Below, one piece after another: positions 9,309-18,494 of a stretch of 59,173 bases of DNA. Position 1 is the stretch's first letter, and every line of letters starts with the position of its first letter. The position numbers and the translations under genes were made by a program. The stretch comes from an uncultured Lentimicrobiaceae bacterium. Lineage in GTDB: Bacteria > Bacteroidota > Bacteroidia > Bacteroidales > WCHB1-69. Location: positions 1 through 59,173 of the forward strand of contig CAZFPO010000008.1 in the NCBI GenBank assembly GCA_964521105.1, written 5' to 3'. Under the pieces are notes generated by a model. The model worked only from the letters and a program-made list of their open reading frames with translations, had not been told where the DNA came from and did not search any database.

Positions 9309-10257
9309 AAATTTTATCTAACATTTCTTGATATTCTGATTTTGGGTCGCTGCTTATTGTAATTCCACCACCACTTCGATAAGTAAATCCGTTTTTGTTT
9401 TTTTCGATGTAACGAATCATAACCGCCGATTCAACCGTTTCACCGTCAAAAACACCCATAATGCCGGTATAAAACCCCCTATTATCAAGTTCAACTTGGT
9501 CGATAATTTGTAAGGTTTTATTTTTAGGAGCACCTGAAATAGAGCCCGCTGGAAGAAGATTCATGATAATATCTCCAAATCTGTTTTGCCAATTAGGCTC
9601 TAAGTTGCCACAAATTTCGGAACTAACTTGGAGAAGCTCTTTATTGTTTGTTTTAATACGGTCGATGTACCTAAACCGCTCCACCCTAACACTTTTTGAA
9701 ACTTTATTCAAATCGTTACGGATTAAATCAACAATGGTGTGGTGTTCATCTATTTCTTTTGAGTCGTTTAATATTTTTGATGCAGCATCTGGAATATTGG
9801 CATCAATGGTTCCTTTCATCGGAAACGAACGAATAGTATTATTTTTAATTCTAATAAATATTTCGGGAGAAAAAACAGTAAATTTTTTGGGTATCAAAAT
9901 CTTATATGGAGCATTGGAATAATAAAATATTTCATCGAGCGAAAGTGATGTTTCTATTTGAGTGGGCATTGTTAGATTTAATAAAAAGGTGTCGCCACGT
10001 TGAATACTTTTCAACACTTCATCAAACGACTTTTTATAATCAATAAAAGAAATTGGATTCTTTTTAAAATAAAAATTGGAAGGAGAATTAACTTTTGAAG
10101 TCTCAACATTAGAATAATTGGGAAATTTAATCTTAACAATTTCGGGATTTATTGGCAGTGAATAATTTAATAATTGCTTGGCTTGGAAATCAATGACAAA
10201 GAAAAATGGTTCCCGTTGGCTGGCTTTACGATTTAATTCTTCGGCAATGTTTTTCAT
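9292..10257 (-). CDS. pabB: Aminodeoxychorismate synthase component I
   Basis: FSPEIF, PMKGTI, KEIDEHHTIVDLIRNDL, LPAGSISGAPK, RGFYTG, SAVMIR, SGGGIT. Confidence 0.93.
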   Translation of the reverse strand: MKNIAEELNRKASQREPFFFVIDFQAKQLLNYSLPINPEIVKIKFPNYSNVETSKVNSPSNFYFKKNPISFIDYKKSFDEVLKSIQRGDTFLLNLTMPTQIETSLSLDEIFYYSNAPYKILIPKKFTVFSPEIFIRIKNNTIRSFPMKGTIDANIPDAASKILNDSKEIDEHHTIVDLIRNDLNKVSKSVRVERFRYIDRIKTNNKELLQVSSEICGNLEPNWQNRFGDIIMNLLPAGSISGAPKNKTLQIIDQVELDNRGFYTGIMGVFDGETVESAVMIRYIEKNKNGFTYRSGGGITISSDPKSEYQEMLDKIYVPLY

Positions 10258-10260
10258 TTA

Positions 10261-12621
10261 TTAATCGTATTTTTCCAGTTCAATTCTGCCAATATTTTTA
10301 ATTTTAACGTTATCGAAATAAACGACTTTGTGCTTGGTTTCTTTTTCTAAAGCCGAAATTTTAACATAAGTTATCTCGTCGGAAGAACAAAGCGAAAAAT
10401 TTCCCCATTTGTCGGAAAATGTATAAACATGTTTTTCCCATTTTTTATTCCAACCGTATATTACAGCATCTTGAATTGGTGTTCCCTTTTCATCTTCAAC
10501 CAAACCCTTAATTTGAAAGGAACAATCTTCGGTACGATAATAATGAAGGTCGTCGGCATTATTACTTTCGTTTATATTAAAAACGGCATTTCTATTTTTA
10601 AACGTTTCGACAGCGGGTTTAAAATTTCCTTTTTGATCAATTAATCCAAACCAATTTTGTTCACTACCCCAAAACACATCTCGATAAACCCACCAAGAGA
10701 AACCGATTGCTCCCGAAGAAATAGATTTTTCGAAAGAAAACTTAGCATATTTTTTTTGCATTTCAAGACTTCCCCATGCTGGATATGTTTTTGCTGTATC
10801 ACTTCCACTATAGCCCGTTTCGCCAATTATCCATGGTTTTTTAATGTTTGTTTTTATCCATTTTAACGATGCTTCAACGTATCCAAAATCGTTTGGTTTT
10901 GGATACAAATGAAAACTCAAAAAATCACAATTCACAATCGACGGATCCCAAATCATTACATCTTCGTGCCCTAATAATCCGTAAGTTATAAGTACATTTT
11001 TATCATTTTTACGTATCGTTTTATACCAATTTCGGGTGGTTTTTTCAATTTCTTTTTTGCTCGTCAAAACCGATGATGAATAGAGTGGCTCATTGTATAA
11101 ATCGTAAGCAAATAGTGCTGGATTATTTTTTAAGGTATCGGAAATAATTGATAACCAGTCGGCATAAGTATCGCTAATATTTTGGCGATGCAAATTTGCC
11201 CTTCCGGTAAGTAAAATTACTTTTAATCCAAGCTCGTTTGCTTCATAAATAACTTTGTTTAAAATTGATGCTAAAATTTTACTATTTGCCTTTGAATAAG
11301 CTACTTTCAAGTTTTCAATCTGTTGTCCATTTTTTGTTAAAAAATAAAGATTTCTGTTTCTTGTTTGGTTTGTTGCCTCCATTTCTAAACCACACAGTCG
11401 AATACAATTGAAGCCCATTTCTTTTATTCGAACAAAGTCCGAAAAAATAGCCATTAACGCATCGGTTTCGTTGGAGCAACATCGATTATTGTTTGATGAA
11501 TAACCATGATGTGGACCCGCAAAAAAAGAACTTCCATCAATGGAATAAATATCAATTTGATAATTTAAAACCAATGGATAAAAATCGACATTGTTTAAAT
11601 TAAATTTTCCGTTTTCGAGTTTAACCTGCTGTTCATTTAAGCGTTGCGAAAAAGCATTTAATGAAATTAAAACAAAAAGTATTAAGTAATAAAACGAATG
11701 TTTACTCATGAATAATTTTTTGTTGAACAATAAAAAAATTAAAACAATTGATAAAACGGTGGAAATAGCGACTACCCAAACATTCGAAGAGCTTCCTACC
11801 TGATGATAATCAGACGAAATATATCCATTATAGAATAAATAAGCAGCCACAACCGAAATTCCATTATTTAAAGCATGAGCAATAATAGCTGGTTTTAGCG
11901 ACATTCCGTAAGCAACTGCATATCCTAAAATTAAACCAAGAGCTATACGGGGGAAAAATGAAAAAAACTGCATGTGCATAGCACTAAACAATATCGATGA
12001 AATTAGTACAGCAATGTGTACGCTTTTGGTTCGTTCAATTAAAATGCGTTGTAAAGCTCCTCTAAATAAAAGTTCTTCGCACACAGCTGGTACAATAGCT
12101 ATTAAAAAAAGATTGAACAATAATCCTTCAATGCTCGATACTTTTAAAAAAACATCCATCATCTTTTCGGAAGCTAATTCTTGATTTCGTAGAGAACTCT
12201 CAACCCATTGAAAACTTTCGGGTAAGTGAATTTGTTGATTTAATTCCATTAAAATTGAAACCATTGGAAGTGAGCAAAGTAGAGCAAAAATTGATAATAA
12301 ATAAACCCAAAATGGCGGATTTTTGGACAAATACAAAAAACTGATGGTGTTTTTTGTGTTTAATCGTGCAAAAAAGAAAGCTGTTCCAGCAAAAACTCCA
12401 ATTTGTGTTACTAATTGCATTATTTTTAACCATGTAACATTTGAATAAAGAGCATCACCTTGCATGTTTTCAATCACGTCTTTTCCTAAAAAGGGGATAC
12501 TAAATAGAAGAAAAATGATTGGAATAATAATATACAATGCCATAAACAACATCAAGAAAATCAGAAATTTATGATAAAAAGGCTTGTTTTTTAAAAAAGC
12601 ATAATCGATTATTGATTTCAT
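10261..12621 (-). CDS. Single ORF: CPBP (Abi/CAAX) intramembrane protease joined in frame to a clan GH-A (GH5/GH2-like) hydrolase with a C-terminal carboxypeptidase-regulatory-like domain; possibly two genes (12621-~11712 and 11709-10261)
   Basis: CPBP motifs EELLFRG, FSAMH, AHALNN; GH motifs YNEP, SFHLYP, IGETGY, SWW; internal M305 begins a classic signal peptide (MSKHSFYYLILFVLISLNAFSQ). Confidence 0.8.
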   Translation of the reverse strand: MKSIIDYAFLKNKPFYHKFLIFLMLFMALYIIIPIIFLLFSIPFLGKDVIENMQGDALYSNVTWLKIMQLVTQIGVFAGTAFFFARLNTKNTISFLYLSKNPPFWVYLLSIFALLCSLPMVSILMELNQQIHLPESFQWVESSLRNQELASEKMMDVFLKVSSIEGLLFNLFLIAIVPAVCEELLFRGALQRILIERTKSVHIAVLISSILFSAMHMQFFSFFPRIALGLILGYAVAYGMSLKPAIIAHALNNGISVVAAYLFYNGYISSDYHQVGSSSNVWVVAISTVLSIVLIFLLFNKKLFMSKHSFYYLILFVLISLNAFSQRLNEQQVKLENGKFNLNNVDFYPLVLNYQIDIYSIDGSSFFAGPHHGYSSNNNRCCSNETDALMAIFSDFVRIKEMGFNCIRLCGLEMEATNQTRNRNLYFLTKNGQQIENLKVAYSKANSKILASILNKVIYEANELGLKVILLTGRANLHRQNISDTYADWLSIISDTLKNNPALFAYDLYNEPLYSSSVLTSKKEIEKTTRNWYKTIRKNDKNVLITYGLLGHEDVMIWDPSIVNCDFLSFHLYPKPNDFGYVEASLKWIKTNIKKPWIIGETGYSGSDTAKTYPAWGSLEMQKKYAKFSFEKSISSGAIGFSWWVYRDVFWGSEQNWFGLIDQKGNFKPAVETFKNRNAVFNINESNNADDLHYYRTEDCSFQIKGLVEDEKGTPIQDAVIYGWNKKWEKHVYTFSDKWGNFSLCSSDEITYVKISALEKETKHKVVYFDNVKIKNIGRIELEKYD

Positions 12622-12629
12622 TTCATTAA

Positions 12630-13217
12630 TTATTCTTTAATCCAAACATTTACAATTTCACCAACGTACATTTTGTGAAAATCCTTGTTGGGATACTTAG
12701 ATTTTACAGTTTCTTTATCAATAAAATCCTCTTCTTTTAAAAAGGTTGAAAACAGTTTTTTACATTCAATAATGATACGAGCTTCTTTAAAAGCTACACT
12801 TCCATTGGGTGTTTTAAACGGAGTAAGCCCCGATTGAGTCATTTTATCAAAATTACGCCCCGATTTGGTGCCTAATAATTTAAGGATTTCTCGATATTGT
12901 TCGGCATAAAATGATATGGTATAATAGTCTTCTTTTTCAGTAAATTCAAAAGTGTATCGTTGTGGGCGAACAAAAATAAATGAAACAGGCTTTTCCCATA
13001 GCCATCCTAATCCGCCCCAGCTGGCTGTCATCATGTTAAACTTTGTTTCAGGACTACCTGCCGCTACAAGCATCCATTGTTTACCTATTAAGTCAAATAC
13101 ATTTTCGTTGAGTTTATTAACTTCGATTTTTTTAAAATTTTCCATATACTGATTGTTTTGTGAGTAACCTTGAATTATTATAAAAAGAAATACAAAGAAA
13201 ATTGCTTTTTGTTTCAT
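12630..13217 (-). CDS. Flavin reductase-like FMN-binding split-barrel protein
   Basis: WMLVAAG, FNMMTASWG, FVRPQRYT, LGTKSGR, HKMYVGEI. Confidence 0.88.
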   Translation of the reverse strand: MKQKAIFFVFLFIIIQGYSQNNQYMENFKKIEVNKLNENVFDLIGKQWMLVAAGSPETKFNMMTASWGGLGWLWEKPVSFIFVRPQRYTFEFTEKEDYYTISFYAEQYREILKLLGTKSGRNFDKMTQSGLTPFKTPNGSVAFKEARIIIECKKLFSTFLKEEDFIDKETVKSKYPNKDFHKMYVGEIVNVWIKE

Positions 13218-13252
13218 GACACTTTATTTTTAGAAGAGGTAAAAGTATAAAA

Positions 13253-13277
13253 AAATCCCGAGTTTTACTCGGGATTT
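13253..13277 (-). terminator. Intrinsic terminator ending the LPP20/FlgT/DUF4476 operon
   Basis: AAATCCCGAGT-TTT-ACTCGGGATTT with a T-run on the minus strand. Confidence 0.75.
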
Positions 13278-13320
13278 AATTGGGTTTCCACAACAAATAA
13301 ATTAATTTATCTGTTTCCCA

Positions 13321-14625
13321 TTATTTTTGCTTACTTTGAATATATTCATCTAATTCTTCACGCGAGCTCGAAAAGCTAAACACGTCGTTAACCATATAAA
13401 ACTTTGCCTTTTCAAAAGTATAGTCATAGGCAAATTTTGCATATTCAAGTTTATCGTTTTCAAAACTAAAAAGTTTGCAAATTTCTTTAATTTGAGCAAC
13501 CGACAGACAATTAGCTTTTGTAGCTTGTTTTGCAACTCTCATTTTATCTTCGGCAAAACTTGCTTTTTTTATTTGAGTTTTTACTTCCTCAAAATCATTA
13601 GCTGGCATTGCTGCTCTACAATTATTATACGAATTGTCGTTATGTTGCGATGGTTGTGTATTAGGACGATGTGGCTGCGTTGTGGTTTGTGGAGTGGTGG
13701 TTGTAGTTGTATTTGTGTTGGTGGTTCCAGCATTTAAAAAACTAATTAATTCTTTTTGTTTATTTTCGCTTTTTATAGCCTTTACAACCACACCATAGTT
13801 TTCGGTATCCCAAGTGTATCGATAGCCAAATTTTGCCACTTCGAGTTCATCAACCGTGGGGTAATTAAGTTGTATAATTCCTGCAACTTGTTCAGACAAC
13901 ATACAGTTTTTACTAAAAATTGATTTAATATATTCTAATCGGCTAAACATATTTTGAGCTTCAATATCGTATTTAAAATCCATGTACCCTTTTTGACTCA
14001 TCGATGGATTTTGGCACATTGAGCCATTTTTCATATAGCTACTTGTAATGTTGCTTGATGTCGTTGTTTGCGATGTATGTTGAGTTGTCGTTGTAGTTGT
14101 TTGAGTGTTTGTGGGGACATTCATATTTACATTAAAATCAACTCCTAAATTTGGGTCTTTAACTGTCATGTTAACACTGTTATTATTCACAGTTGTAGTT
14201 TGAGTTTGCTGAGGTTGAGTAACGTTCGTTTGAGTTTGTTGAGGTTGTGTTGTTGTTTGCTGTGTTTGTGTTGTACCGCTACCTACTGGTTCAAAATTAA
14301 CGATACGAAGTACATATTTACCCTTGTCTTTTTTTCGAAGTTCATAGGTTAAATTACAAACTTGTTCATCTACGTTAATTGTGTAAATTGACTGATCAAC
14401 TGTGGTTAATTTTTCATCATCAATTAGCACTTTAATTTTAAATGAGCGATCAACAATATTATCAACCGTAACCGACGTTGCTGGCTTTTCGTTTTGTTTT
14501 ATTCCATTTCGAACAATCCAAAATTTTTCACCGTCTTTACTAAATATTGTCAAAGAAGACTTTACTTGTGCATTCACTTGGAATGAAATAAAGGCAATGA
14601 TAAATAAGATTCCAATTTTTTTCAT
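13321..14625 (-). CDS. Secreted protein with two DUF4476-like domains and Thr/Gln-rich linkers
   Basis: Signal peptide ending NAQ; C-terminal FAEDKMRVAKQ..CLSVAQIKEI..FSFENDKLEYAKFAY..FSFSSSREEL; a degenerate second copy upstream. Confidence 0.8.
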   Translation of the reverse strand: MKKIGILFIIAFISFQVNAQVKSSLTIFSKDGEKFWIVRNGIKQNEKPATSVTVDNIVDRSFKIKVLIDDEKLTTVDQSIYTINVDEQVCNLTYELRKKDKGKYVLRIVNFEPVGSGTTQTQQTTTQPQQTQTNVTQPQQTQTTTVNNNSVNMTVKDPNLGVDFNVNMNVPTNTQTTTTTTQHTSQTTTSSNITSSYMKNGSMCQNPSMSQKGYMDFKYDIEAQNMFSRLEYIKSIFSKNCMLSEQVAGIIQLNYPTVDELEVAKFGYRYTWDTENYGVVVKAIKSENKQKELISFLNAGTTNTNTTTTTTPQTTTQPHRPNTQPSQHNDNSYNNCRAAMPANDFEEVKTQIKKASFAEDKMRVAKQATKANCLSVAQIKEICKLFSFENDKLEYAKFAYDYTFEKAKFYMVNDVFSFSSSREELDEYIQSKQK

Positions 14626-14637
14626 ATTATTTATTTT

Positions 14638-15957
14638 TTATTTTACTTTCGGAGTAGTTTTTTTAACAGGAGATTTTGTGGGTGTTTTAGCAGGTGTAGT
14701 CGTTTTAGGTTTAGTAGTAGTGGTTTTAGGTTTGGTCTCGGTAGTAGTGGTTTTAGGAGGAGTTGTAGTTTTTGTATCTTCTTTAGGTTGTTCAACTTGA
14801 GTTTTTGCGTTATCTAATTCCGGCACTTTTTCTTTACGAGGAGCGAATGAAATTTGTCGTCCATAAATTAATCGAACATCCATTTCTTTAGACGCAAAAA
14901 AAGGAATTTGGTCGGCATAGTCGATAATTTTATCGGCTAATTCATCTGGACGCTTGCGGAAAGTGCAAATTAGCTTTGTATAATTGTCAAAACTTACTAT
15001 TTCCATTTGACCACCAAAATTATTATCCGATTTAAGTTTGGTACGAAGGTCTCTAAAATCGCGATACGAACCGGAAGCATAAAATCTTAATTCATAAGGA
15101 GTTCCATTATTAACCCAATCGCCAATGTATGTATTGAACACTTTAAAAAGTTTATCAATATTTGAATTAACAGCGGTTGTAACACCACTAAACATTGTTG
15201 CTTTAGCTTCTTTTCCACTATTCCAATCACTTTCCATAATAATTGTTCCCAGTCCTTCCGCAGTACAATTATCGTATGCTTTTAATTCGATAATAATTTT
15301 TGAAGATGTACGAGTATCAAAAGCTTCACTACGTTCGGAAATACGAATACTACTAATTTTAATTATAAATTGAGCATCGGCTTTAAAACCAAGTTGTTGA
15401 ACGTATGTTTCTTCGCTAGCATCTTTTGATTCCTGAAAAATTCGTTGAGATTCTTTGTTTAACTCATCAAACCGTGATTTCTCAATGTAGCGATATTTTC
15501 GGTTTGACAAGGCCTCATTAATGCGTTCCACAGCAAAATTATAAATATCTAACTCTTCTGTTTTTACTTTTCGAGGATCGAACATAACTAAAAAGCGAAT
15601 TCCGCCAATTGTTTTAGCCATTAAGTTAACATCTGCTTTTAATGGAGCTAAACTAACAACCGCTTTAACCATAATTTCAAAACGGTCTTTCATTGGTGTT
15701 TCTTTAACAATTGAATAGCTTGCAATATACCCTTCTGTTTTTGTAGAAATTGCATCGGATAAAACCATATAATTTTCGACTTGCGTTTGTGAAGATACTG
15801 CAACCCCAACAGCTTGTCCAACAGCAGTTCTAAGCGCATCTTGCAATGCATCTTCTCGAGTTAAGCCTACTCCTTTAACCTCAACGGTAGTTGTTTCTTG
15901 TGCCATCATTCCAACACAGAGAAATAAAACAAATATTGTTGCAAATATTTTTCTCAT
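14638..15957 (-). CDS. Secreted protein with FlgT N-terminal-like domain, CsgG/FlgT_M-like middle domain and Thr/Lys/Pro-rich tail
   Basis: VEVKGVG..REDALQDALRTAVGQAVGVAVSSQTQVENY..GYIASYSIV..IMVKAVV pattern; signal peptide ending MAQ. Confidence 0.6.
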   Translation of the reverse strand: MRKIFATIFVLFLCVGMMAQETTTVEVKGVGLTREDALQDALRTAVGQAVGVAVSSQTQVENYMVLSDAISTKTEGYIASYSIVKETPMKDRFEIMVKAVVSLAPLKADVNLMAKTIGGIRFLVMFDPRKVKTEELDIYNFAVERINEALSNRKYRYIEKSRFDELNKESQRIFQESKDASEETYVQQLGFKADAQFIIKISSIRISERSEAFDTRTSSKIIIELKAYDNCTAEGLGTIIMESDWNSGKEAKATMFSGVTTAVNSNIDKLFKVFNTYIGDWVNNGTPYELRFYASGSYRDFRDLRTKLKSDNNFGGQMEIVSFDNYTKLICTFRKRPDELADKIIDYADQIPFFASKEMDVRLIYGRQISFAPRKEKVPELDNAKTQVEQPKEDTKTTTPPKTTTTETKPKTTTTKPKTTTPAKTPTKSPVKKTTPKVK

Positions 15958-15968
15958 AGTATTTTAAA

Positions 15969-17084
15969 TTATAAAATTAATGCCATTGCAATTTTTCCAA
16001 CAGTAGTGGCTACTTTACCAATTTTTTGCCAATTGATTTTTTTAGCAATTTTACTGTTATCAATTTTTATCGTACCATCAAACGATTCAATAACATCAAT
16101 TACTTGAGCTCCTTTTTTTGAACCAATGGTATTAATTATTTCTTTTGATGCGGAAACAATTTTAGGAAATTTGCCTGTTTTAGGGTCAAAATACTTACTA
16201 TAATCAAGTAAAATATTATTATTTTCGTCCATAATTATTGGGAACATGCTCGGGCTGTATTCTTTTCCATTAAAATTGAAAACCATATCGGTAATGTCTT
16301 CAGTTTTAATTTCCTCCGAATTACCTGTTTCAAATGGGATAGTAGTTTTTCCCATGGTAGCTTTTTTCGATTTTTGATCTAAATTTTTAAAGATTGCAGG
16401 AGCAACACCGCCTTTATCGTATAATGGAACCCTCATGGTTACTTCAATATAACCATCTTTTTCAACAGCTTCGCCAACTTGTTGAGCATTTTTAATTACA
16501 CCGTCAACTTGTGTAAGGATGTAATCACTTTCGGTTATCATATCAACCACTTTCGTTTCGGAAACAACGCGAACTCCTTTTATAATTTCTAATAAATTTC
16601 GCTGTGCTTCAACAATTGCTCCTCTTCGTGCCATTAATTTAGCTTGAGCTGGATTTTTAAATTTTTCGTTATCAATAACCGACATTCCTTTTGCTTCGAC
16701 ATATTGTTCTGTCCAATCGATTTTACCTTTGGGTAAATTTTCAACTATTGGTTCATAAGCAGGGTCTGTAGTTTCTGTGGGCGTATTTTTAACAGTTTGG
16801 TCTTTGGGTGTTTTATCGATAGGCTTTTGAGTAGTTGTTTCGGGTTTAGTTTTTTTAGGATTATTGTCTTTTGCTTTTGTATTAGTAGCAGGTTTGGTTT
16901 TGTCGATTGGTTTCGTTTTATCGACTTTATTAACGTTTTTATTTGTAGTTTTTTCTACTTTTTTTGTTTCTTTTGGCTTTTGTGCCGAAACTTGAAGCGT
17001 ATTACCGGTCAAAAATATTCCAAGTATAAACAGAATCAAAATTTGACTTGTGAAAAAATGAGTTTTTGAGTTTTTCATCTTCAT
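15969..17084 (-). CDS. Secreted LPP20/FlgP-like domain protein with Lys/Thr-rich N-terminal linker
   Basis: IDWTEQYVEAKG..AKLMARRGAIVEAQRNLLEIIKGVRVVSETKV..VDGVIKNAQ..IEVTMRVPL pattern; signal peptide ending SAQ. Confidence 0.62.
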   Translation of the reverse strand: MKMKNSKTHFFTSQILILFILGIFLTGNTLQVSAQKPKETKKVEKTTNKNVNKVDKTKPIDKTKPATNTKAKDNNPKKTKPETTTQKPIDKTPKDQTVKNTPTETTDPAYEPIVENLPKGKIDWTEQYVEAKGMSVIDNEKFKNPAQAKLMARRGAIVEAQRNLLEIIKGVRVVSETKVVDMITESDYILTQVDGVIKNAQQVGEAVEKDGYIEVTMRVPLYDKGGVAPAIFKNLDQKSKKATMGKTTIPFETGNSEEIKTEDITDMVFNFNGKEYSPSMFPIIMDENNNILLDYSKYFDPKTGKFPKIVSASKEIINTIGSKKGAQVIDVIESFDGTIKIDNSKIAKKINWQKIGKVATTVGKIAMALIL

Positions 17085-17255
17085 TGGTTTTAATAAATAT
17101 TAATTTAAATTGATATAGCCTTATAATTTGTAAAATTACAAAATTTAATTAAAAATAACTTTTTTGCAAAAATACAAAATTTGCGGAAGTCGGTTTTGCA
17201 AAACTTGTGCCATCTTTACAATAACGCCTTTTAATAATTTTAATAACGCCAAAAT

Positions 17256-18347
17256 TTACCTAATTAGAGTTTCTAATACTTTTTCTAAAGCATCGGCTCT
17301 AAGTCCTTTTTGTATAATTTTTCCATTCGGATCAATTAAAACAGAATATGGAATGCTTTTTACGCCATAAAGAGCAGATGCTGCAGATTCCCAATACTTT
17401 AAATCGCTAACATGAATCCACGTTAAACCATCTTTAATAATTGCTGCTTTCCAATTGTCGCCCGATTTATCTAGTGAAACACCATAAATTTGGAAGTTTT
17501 TATCCTTAAAACGATTATATACTCTTACTAAATTTGGATTCTCGCGGCGGCAAGGACCACACCAAGAAGCCCAAAAATCGATTAATACATATTTTCCACG
17601 AAGCGAAGTGAGTTTAACAATATTTCCGGAAGTATCAGGTAATGATATTTCGGGAGCTTCTTGTCCAATTTGAGAACTTTTTTGAGAGGTAATTTTTTTG
17701 TTCATTTCAGCCACAAAAACGTTGTCTTTAAAATTTCCAATTAATGATTTACAAACGGTATCATGAACCTCAAAAAACTGATCAAATGGTAATTGTTCAA
17801 CAAAAATTAAATTACACAACAAATTTGGCTTTAAAATAATTAGATTTTTATAAGCAGCTAATTTTTCAACATCAACTTTTTGATAGTCTTGTTGAAGTTG
17901 CTGATTAAACTGAGTATTTCCTGCTTCGTTATATGTTTGAAACACCTTATTTATACTGTCTTGTTTGTTTTTATAAAACCGTTCTGTTTTTTGAAAATCG
18001 GTTATTTGTTTAATTTCTTCCGAGCCTTTACTTTGCGAAACAGTATAGTTTTGAGTAGGGTCGATGGTTAACGAGATTTTTTCATTGGGTTTTAATACAA
18101 TTAGCGTTTTGCTTTGATTGTAATTAATTCGATAAAAACCATAATTTTTAATTAAAGTGTTAAACTTAAATGCTCCTTCTTTTGAAGTTGTAGCCGAATC
18201 GATAATTGGATTATTGTAAAAGTCGAAATATTCCAAATAAATTTTAGCATTAGCAACTCCTGTAATTACTCCATCAATAGTTGTTTTTTGTGAAAACAGG
18301 GTGCTATTTATTACAAGGATTATAATAACCAAAAAAAGTCTTTTCAT
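17256..18347 (-). CDS. TlpA-family thiol-disulfide oxidoreductase with DUF4369-like N-terminus
   Basis: LIDFWASWCGPCRRENP, YGVSLD, WIHVSDL; signal peptide. Confidence 0.92.
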   Translation of the reverse strand: MKRLFLVIIILVINSTLFSQKTTIDGVITGVANAKIYLEYFDFYNNPIIDSATTSKEGAFKFNTLIKNYGFYRINYNQSKTLIVLKPNEKISLTIDPTQNYTVSQSKGSEEIKQITDFQKTERFYKNKQDSINKVFQTYNEAGNTQFNQQLQQDYQKVDVEKLAAYKNLIILKPNLLCNLIFVEQLPFDQFFEVHDTVCKSLIGNFKDNVFVAEMNKKITSQKSSQIGQEAPEISLPDTSGNIVKLTSLRGKYVLIDFWASWCGPCRRENPNLVRVYNRFKDKNFQIYGVSLDKSGDNWKAAIIKDGLTWIHVSDLKYWESAASALYGVKSIPYSVLIDPNGKIIQKGLRADALEKVLETLIR

Positions 18348-18467
18348 ATTTATTAATTTGGCGTAAAGATATAAATTATCTATAAAGCCACAAAATAAAA
18401 TATTGAGAAGAGATAATCTGGCAATTCTGTCAATATAGAAAAATAATTAAAAACAAGCAAAAAATAA

Positions 18468-18475
18468 TAACTTTG
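18468..18475 (+). promoter_or_regulatory. -7 promoter box (TAACTTTG) for polA
   Basis: TAnnTTTG 19 bp upstream of the ATG. Confidence 0.6.
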
Positions 18476-18494
18476 TAAAAAAACTTAATCTACA

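Noticed and set aside
13660-14790. DNA-level tandem repeats (GTT/GTA-rich runs)
   Set aside because: Explained by Thr/Gln/Pro/Lys-rich protein linkers; imperfect, not contingency repeats
13321-17084. Flagellar or type IX secretion gene cluster
   Set aside because: No flagellar structural genes or Por/Gld/Spr components; only distant FlgT/LPP20-like patterns
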